DNA of 64,000 nt from Terriglobia bacterium (GTDB lineage: Bacteria; Acidobacteriota; Terriglobia; 20CM-2-55-15). How positions within the stretch are numbered: the first letter of the stretch is position 1; every line of letters begins with the position of its first letter. The translations under genes and the position numbers were made by a program. The DNA is taken from contig CAXWPJ010000010.1 of NCBI GenBank assembly GCA_963664115.2, positions 64,001-128,000 on the forward strand. Reading direction: 5' to 3'. Under the pieces are notes generated by a model. It did no database searches. It worked only from the letters and a program-made list of their open reading frames with translations, and was not told the origin of the DNA. Shown piece by piece: positions 58,479 through 64,000 of this stretch.

Positions 58479-59348
58479 GTGGAAGTTCATTTGATCGATG
58501 GAACCTACGAACTGTTTCGGCATTTCTTCGCCCTACCATCTTCGTCCGACGAGGGCGGTAATGAAATCGGAGCGATTCGTGGCGTACTGAACTCGTTGCT
58601 CGGCATGCTCGAGACCGGGGCCACGCACATAGGCGTGGCAACCGACCACGTGATCGAATCTTTCCGCAACGATCTGTATCCAGGCTACAAGACGGGTGTC
58701 GGCATCGATCCTGCACTGTTCTCTCAATTCGTCCCCCTCGAAAATGCCCTCCGAGCCATGGGTATCGTGGTTTGGCCAATGGTGGAACAGGAGGCCGATG
58801 ATGCCATGGCCGCGGCTGCACGACGCGCTTGGGCAGACGCCCGTGTCACACGTGTATTGATCTGCACACCCGACAAGGATCTGGCCCAATGCGTGGTTGG
58901 AGACCGAATCGTTCAATTCGAGAGACGGAAACAGGAGATTCGCAACGAAGAAGGCATACGTGCGAAGTTTGGAGTCTCACCGGAGTCCATACCGGACTAT
59001 CTGGCGCTGGTCGGCGATACGGCCGACGGCTTCCCGGGTTTGCCCGGTTGGGGGGCCAAATCCGCGGCAGCAGTGCTTGCTCAATACCCACACTTGGAAG
59101 ACGTTCCTAAGTATGCCCAGGAGTGGGACGTGTCCGTCCGGGGTGCGGACAAATTGGCCAAGACACTTGTCAGCCACTGGGATGACGGCCTGTTGTTTCG
59201 ACGGCTCGCCACGCTCCGCACAGACGCCACAGTCTTCGATACAGTGGACGCTCTCGCTTGGACGGGGCCCCGACCGGAATTTAAAGCTCTGTGCGCGTCA
59301 ATGCGCGCCGCCTATCTGTGGGAGAGAGCGAAGGGACTGGAGAGTTAA
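58479..59348 (+). CDS. Stand-alone 5'-3' exonuclease / flap endonuclease
   Basis: LIDGT, FRNDLYPGYK, EADD, PDKDLAQ and LVGDTADGFPGLPGWGAKSA. Confidence 0.92.
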   Translation: MEVHLIDGTYELFRHFFALPSSSDEGGNEIGAIRGVLNSLLGMLETGATHIGVATDHVIESFRNDLYPGYKTGVGIDPALFSQFVPLENALRAMGIVVWPMVEQEADDAMAAAARRAWADARVTRVLICTPDKDLAQCVVGDRIVQFERRKQEIRNEEGIRAKFGVSPESIPDYLALVGDTADGFPGLPGWGAKSAAAVLAQYPHLEDVPKYAQEWDVSVRGADKLAKTLVSHWDDGLLFRRLATLRTDATVFDTVDALAWTGPRPEFKALCASMRAAYLWERAKGLES

Positions 59349-59390
59349 CAGTTGTGAGTTCTGAGTTAAGAGTTATAGCTTAAGAGTTGT
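59342..59390. repeat. Degenerate 7-bp tandem repeat (NNGAGTT-like)
   Basis: gagttaa cagttgt gagttct gagttaa gagttat agcttaa gagttgt. Confidence 0.75.
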
Positions 59391-59451
59391 GGCTGGGCGA
59401 ATTGGCACTAATAATTAAATCGTCTCAACAAGACACTAGACGGGAGGTCTC

Positions 59452-59907
59452 ATGAAAGCACGACTGAAAAAGAAGGTCATCGATACAATAAATAAGATAC
59501 TGGAGATGGAACTCGCCGGTGCGATCCACTACACGCACTACTCTTTCATGGTGTTTGGCTATAACCGGATCCCCATTGTCAGCTGGCTTGGCACACAAGC
59601 CGACGAGTCACTGGCACATGCCCGGGCAGCAGGTGAACTCGTCACCCAGCTCGGTGCCCATCCTTCTCTCGCCATTGGGCCTCTCCTCGAAACCCAAAAA
59701 CACGATATCGGCGACATACTCCGGGAATCGCTGGGTCACGAACAGGCGACACTGAAGCACTACGAAAGCCTGCTCAACCTAGTGGAAGGGAACGACGTCA
59801 TGCTCGAAGAGTACGCCAGGGAGCATGTTGCCCTTGAAACGCAGCACATCGGTGAAGTGGACAAAATGCTCCGCAGGCCGGGCGACATCGAACAGTTCGA
59901 AAAATAG
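59452..59907 (+). CDS. Bacterioferritin-like ferritin-family protein
   Basis: E..G...Y, ESLAH, E and ETQH di-iron ligand pattern. Confidence 0.85.
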   Translation: MKARLKKKVIDTINKILEMELAGAIHYTHYSFMVFGYNRIPIVSWLGTQADESLAHARAAGELVTQLGAHPSLAIGPLLETQKHDIGDILRESLGHEQATLKHYESLLNLVEGNDVMLEEYAREHVALETQHIGEVDKMLRRPGDIEQFEK

Positions 59908-59931
59908 GTAAGCGAGAAGAGAAGAAGTTCC

Positions 59932-60001
59932 ACCGCAAAGGCGCAAAGGTCTCAGGTCAGCCTCTTGGAAAACTTTCTTTGCGTCTTTGCGCCTTTGCGG
60001 T
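59932..60001. repeat. 17-bp perfect inverted repeat (REP-like / bidirectional terminator)
   Basis: ACCGCAAAGGCGCAAAG ... CTTTGCGCCTTTGCGGT between convergent genes. Confidence 0.85.
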
Positions 60002-60037
60002 TCACCGGATTTCCTTCCTTTCCGAATGGAGAGGCAA

Positions 60038-61174
60038 CTAGCCCAGAAGTGAGAGGAGGAAACCGGCGGCGACTGCGGAACCGATGACGCCGGCCACATT
60101 CGGGCCCATCGCGTGCATAAGCAGATGGTTGTGGTGGTTGGCTTCCAATCCTACCTTGTTGACTACGCGCGCCGCCATCGGAACGGCGGAAACGCCGGCC
60201 GCTCCAATCAGGGGATTAATCTTGCCGCCGGTCAGGCGGTGCATGGCCTTTCCCATGAGAAGGCCGGCGGACGTACCTACCGCGAAGGCTACCAACCCGA
60301 TTAAGAGAATCCCTATCGTCTCGACGTTCAGAAATTCCTGGGCACTCAGCCGGGAACCCACAGCCAGCCCGAGGAGGATCGTCACGGTGTTGATGATTTC
60401 GTTCTGCGCCGCCTTCGACAACCGATCAACGACACCGCACTCTTTTAGAAGGTTTCCAAACACCAACATTCCGATCAACGGTGAGGCCGCAGGCAACAAC
60501 ACGACCACCAACAGGAGGACCGTAAAAGGGAACATGATCCGTTCTGTCCGCGTGACTGGCCGGAGTTGTTTCATGACGACAGCTCGCTCGGATTCCGTCG
60601 TCAACGCTCTCATTATGGGGGGCTGGATGATCGGGACCAGAGCCATGTACGAATACGCAGCAACGGCAATGGCTCCCAATAAAGAAGGGCTCAAACGGGA
60701 CGCCAGAAAGATCGCCGTCGGACCGTCTGCGCCGCCAATTATTCCAATCGCAGCGGCGTCGGTGAGCGAAAAGTCCAGGCCAGGAATCACGTTCATGGCC
60801 AGCGAACCAATCAATGTAAAGAAAATCCCGAACTGTGCGGCCGCGCCCAACAACAGCGTGGGTGGATTGGCAATCAACGCTCCGAAGTCCGTATGAGCGC
60901 CTACACCCATGAAGATGAGCAGAGGGAAAATACCGGTCGACACGCCGCCAGCGTACAAATAACCCAACAATCCTTCGGGGCCGCTGATTTCGGCCAGCGG
61001 TATGTTGCTCAGGATCGCCCCAAAGCCTATAGGAACCAACAGGAGCGGCTCAAATTTCTTCGCGATCGCGAGATAAATCAGCACACCGCCGATGGCGATC
61101 ATGAGGATCTGGCCGATTTCGAAATGCGCGACTCCGGTAGCAGCCCAAAGTCTTGAAAGAAGGTCGGATTGCAT
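60038..61174 (-). CDS. oadB: Na+-translocating decarboxylase beta subunit
   Basis: [30 protein letters not shown] and [13 protein letters not shown]. Confidence 0.96.
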   Translation of the reverse strand: MQSDLLSRLWAATGVAHFEIGQILMIAIGGVLIYLAIAKKFEPLLLVPIGFGAILSNIPLAEISGPEGLLGYLYAGGVSTGIFPLLIFMGVGAHTDFGALIANPPTLLLGAAAQFGIFFTLIGSLAMNVIPGLDFSLTDAAAIGIIGGADGPTAIFLASRLSPSLLGAIAVAAYSYMALVPIIQPPIMRALTTESERAVVMKQLRPVTRTERIMFPFTVLLLVVVLLPAASPLIGMLVFGNLLKECGVVDRLSKAAQNEIINTVTILLGLAVGSRLSAQEFLNVETIGILLIGLVAFAVGTSAGLLMGKAMHRLTGGKINPLIGAAGVSAVPMAARVVNKVGLEANHHNHLLMHAMGPNVAGVIGSAVAAGFLLSLLG

Positions 61175-61188
61175 CAGGTTTCGGTCAA

Positions 61189-63006
61189 CTAACCGATATG
61201 GAGAAGGGCGTCGCCGGCCTGAACCGAATCGCCTTCTCGTACAGCTATGGAAACGATCGTACCCGACCGGTCGGCTCGGATCTCGGTCTCCATCTTCATG
61301 GCTTCAAGAATAACAACCACCTCATCCGACCCAACCGCCTGTCCCGCCTCACAACACAGGCGGACGACTGTTCCCGTCAGGGGCGACGCCAGGGGCGATC
61401 CACCGCCCGTGGGTTCGGCGACGGGAGCCGCAGCAACGGCGGAAGCGGGCGCGGCCACAGGCGCCAATCCGGCCGTCCTCATCGATGTGATGGCTCCTTC
61501 CGGGGTCACGTCGACTTCGTATTGCTGCCCGTTGACCGCAACCCGGTACCGTGTGGGCACGCCTGCGGTGCTCGTTCGAGCAGCGGTTTTCGCCTCGGGC
61601 GCGGAGGGCACCTCCTCCAGCCAAGGCGGGGGCTCGAAAGCGTCCGGATTGTCCCGATTCTTCAGGAAGCGTAGACCGATCTGCAGAAACAAAGCATAGA
61701 TCAAAACATCCTCGACCGGATTATCGGAACGTCGGATTTCTTTATCTTTTGCAATCTGGTCCAGTTCCTTCGACAGTCGATCCATCTCAGGTTTCAGAAG
61801 GTCGGCCGGGCGGCAAGTCACCGGGTCGGCACCGTTAAGGACGCGCTTTTGCAGTGCTTCGTCCACCTTTCCCGGTGTGCGCCCGTACTCGCCCTTGAGC
61901 ACCGCAGCGGTTTCTTTAGTAATTGTCTTGTAGCGTTCGCCGGCCAGAACGTTGACGATGGACTGACTACCTACGATCTGCGACGTGGGGGTGACGAGCG
62001 GAATGAATCCAAGTTCTTCGCGAACGCGAGGCATCTCTTCGAGCACTTCGTCCATGCGGTCGGTCGCGTTCTGTTCCCGAAGCTGGTTTTCCATGTTGGT
62101 GAGCATGCCACCAGGAACCTGGGCAACGAGAATTCTAGAGTCTACACCCCGGAGCGAACCTTCAAACTTGGCGTACTTCTTGCGAATTACCCGGAAATAA
62201 CCGGCGATGTTTTCGAGAAGCTTGAGATCAAGCCCCGTATCCCGGTCCGTGCCTTCGAGGATGGCGACCACCGATTCAGTGGCCGAATGTCCGTAGGTGT
62301 GACTCATCGACGAAATCGACGTGTCGACCATGTCCAGGCCCGCTTCCACAGCCTTGACAACTGTCGACGTGCTCATTCCGGTAGTCGCATGGGACTGCAT
62401 GGCGATAGGTACCGACACCGCATCCTTCAAACGTGAAACCATATCTTCGGCCACGTAGGGTCGCAGCAGACCCGCCATGTCTTTAATACATATCGACTGG
62501 CATCCCAGGTCTTCCAGTCGCTTACCCATCTCCACCCACATGTCCATGGTGTGAACCGGGCTGATCGTATACGCGATGGTTCCCTGAGCATGCTTTCCCA
62601 CGTTTAAGGTCGCCCGAACGGCCGTCTCAAGATTCCGGATGTCGTTCATCGCATCAAAGATGCGAAACACGTCCATTCCGTTTTCGGCCGCCGACGCAAC
62701 GAAAGATTCGACGACATCGTCGGCGTAGTGTCGATACCCCAGCAGGTTCTGTCCCCGGAGCAGCATTTGCATCCGGGTGTTCGGCATTGCCTTCCGGAAC
62801 TGGCGCAATCGTTCCCAGGGGTCCTCGCCCAGGAAACGGATGCATGCATCAAAAGTGGCGCCACCCCAAACTTCCGCCGACCAAAACCCGATTTGATCCA
62901 GACGGCCACAAATCGGGAGCATGTCTTCGATCCGCATACGGGTAGCCAGCAAGGACTGGTGAGCATCCCGCAACACTAATTCTGTAATACCCAACGGTTT
63001 CTTCAT
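61189..63006 (-). CDS. oadA: Oxaloacetate decarboxylase alpha subunit (carboxyltransferase + biotin carrier)
   Basis: [20 protein letters not shown] and EAMKM. Confidence 0.95.
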   Translation of the reverse strand: MKKPLGITELVLRDAHQSLLATRMRIEDMLPICGRLDQIGFWSAEVWGGATFDACIRFLGEDPWERLRQFRKAMPNTRMQMLLRGQNLLGYRHYADDVVESFVASAAENGMDVFRIFDAMNDIRNLETAVRATLNVGKHAQGTIAYTISPVHTMDMWVEMGKRLEDLGCQSICIKDMAGLLRPYVAEDMVSRLKDAVSVPIAMQSHATTGMSTSTVVKAVEAGLDMVDTSISSMSHTYGHSATESVVAILEGTDRDTGLDLKLLENIAGYFRVIRKKYAKFEGSLRGVDSRILVAQVPGGMLTNMENQLREQNATDRMDEVLEEMPRVREELGFIPLVTPTSQIVGSQSIVNVLAGERYKTITKETAAVLKGEYGRTPGKVDEALQKRVLNGADPVTCRPADLLKPEMDRLSKELDQIAKDKEIRRSDNPVEDVLIYALFLQIGLRFLKNRDNPDAFEPPPWLEEVPSAPEAKTAARTSTAGVPTRYRVAVNGQQYEVDVTPEGAITSMRTAGLAPVAAPASAVAAAPVAEPTGGGSPLASPLTGTVVRLCCEAGQAVGSDEVVVILEAMKMETEIRADRSGTIVSIAVREGDSVQAGDALLHIG

Positions 63007-63014
63007 TAGTGGTT

Positions 63015-63260
63015 CTATTTCTGCGCTTCTTCTCGGTTCGCCCGAATAGCTGCAGTTACGGCGGCAATCAGTTCCGGATCATCGACCACGCGCCCAAGCC
63101 CGCCACCGGAAGTCTCAGCGACCGCTTGCGGAGGTTCCAACATAGCAGCCACGCGTGACATCACCTTGAGAGCAATCACAAGGAGTCCCAGAAGGGAAAA
63201 GACAACGCCCATTCCGGCCAGCATCAACTGCACACCTTGTTGCAACAATTCCGACGGCAC
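63015..63260 (-). CDS. oadG: Decarboxylase gamma subunit
   Basis: [11 protein letters not shown] segment; [10 protein letters not shown]. Confidence 0.88.
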   Translation of the reverse strand: MPSELLQQGVQLMLAGMGVVFSLLGLLVIALKVMSRVAAMLEPPQAVAETSGGGLGRVVDDPELIAAVTAAIRANREEAQK

Positions 63261-63510
63261 CGATCGCTCCTAGATCTATTTCAAGTGAATCCTACTACCA
63301 TCTCGTACATGTCAGAACACACCATCGTCCACTGACATACAAGCCACTATATCAGTGCACTTTGGAGGCTGTCAGGGAGGCACATATTAGCACAAGCTTA
63401 GGTAGAGAGAACTCCGATCCCGGACTCTTACAACCACCGACAATACGGACGCGGAGCAGTTCAGGGCAAGACGAAGGCTTCGGCAGGCGGTCCCGATTGT
63501 CGCTGACTCA

Positions 63511-64000
63511 TTAGAAAGTAAACTTGAGCCCGAACTGCGCCTGGAAGGGTCGCAATACCGATCGTGCCTGCCCAAAAGAAACCGATGACTCGTTACCGTT
63601 GAAACGAAGCAGGTTGGCTGTGTTGAAAACATTGAACATCTCCCACAAGACCTCGATGTTCTTCGTTTCGTCGATGAAGAACCGTTTGCTCAGCCGCAGA
63701 TCCGTATTGAAGAAGCTGTCACCCCGCTCCGAATGGACCGCCACGCCTGGAGAGCGGTCGTTGCGGGCACCGTCGCCGTTGTTATCGCGACCTGTCGTCC
63801 GATCGTAGGGCGCCGCGCTGTTGGCTGTGACGATCGTGCTCACATTAATGTCGTAAGGCAGTTCGTATATGAGGTTGGCCGTCAAGCGGTGCCGCACGTC
63901 GTTTTCGGTGGGGCCAAAGTGTATGTCTCCGAATTTGTCGTTCGGGTCAGATGGGGCGACACCGATGATTACGGGGAACCCGCCCCGATTGAACTCCTTT
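63511..64000 (-). CDS. C-terminal part of an Oar-like / TonB-dependent-receptor-like protein (5' end outside the window)
   Basis: TGRDNNGDG..NDR, DLRLSKRF, FNVFN and QAQFGLKFTF terminus. Confidence 0.85.
   Translation of the reverse strand, partial: KEFNRGGFPVIIGVAPSDPNDKFGDIHFGPTENDVRHRLTANLIYELPYDINVSTIVTANSAAPYDRTTGRDNNGDGARNDRSPGVAVHSERGDSFFNTDLRLSKRFFIDETKNIEVLWEMFNVFNTANLLRFNGNESSVSFGQARSVLRPFQAQFGLKFTF

Noticed and set aside
63261-63510. Na+-sensing riboswitch upstream of oadG
   Set aside because: Only one hairpin (CACTGACATA/TATATCAGTG) is visible and I cannot match a consensus by eye. An Rfam scan would be needed.
1-64000. tRNA, rRNA, prophage or defence systems
   Set aside because: No recognisable sequence or protein motifs for these were seen.

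Overview
GC-rich bacterial window. The gene content (Oar-like outer-membrane proteins, DUF1080, DUF6152-like, Tat-exported redox enzymes, Na+-pumping oxaloacetate decarboxylase) suggests an Acidobacteriota-like, possibly marine organism; this is inference only. In order it holds: (1) two tandem PaoABC-like periplasmic molybdoenzyme operons separated by an Oar-like outer-membrane protein, followed by a cytochrome c and XdhC; (2) a STAS + FHA-GAF-PP2C signalling pair disrupted by an IS1380-family element and bracketed by two copies of a long palindrome; (3) secreted hypotheticals, an ABC exporter and an ArsI/CadI-SigZ pair; (4) a B12-riboswitch-controlled corrinoid salvage operon; (5) IS630, an LLM oxidoreductase and a second cytochrome c; (6) a heavy-metal RND operon with a His-rich RPPP-ending leader ORF and a 111-bp tandem array; (7) a Tat flavoprotein, Ig-like protein and diheme cytochrome trio; (8) stacked IS701 and IS1182-like elements; (9) housekeeping genes (proC, flap endonuclease, ferritin-like, oadGAB). 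The most striking signal is in the molybdoenzyme operons. Their Fe-S and FAD genes are about 98% identical at DNA level by manual count, while the Mo catalytic cores are strongly diverged and carry non-canonical active-site motifs, resembling a constant chassis with an exchangeable catalytic cassette. All calls were made by eye, without database searches.
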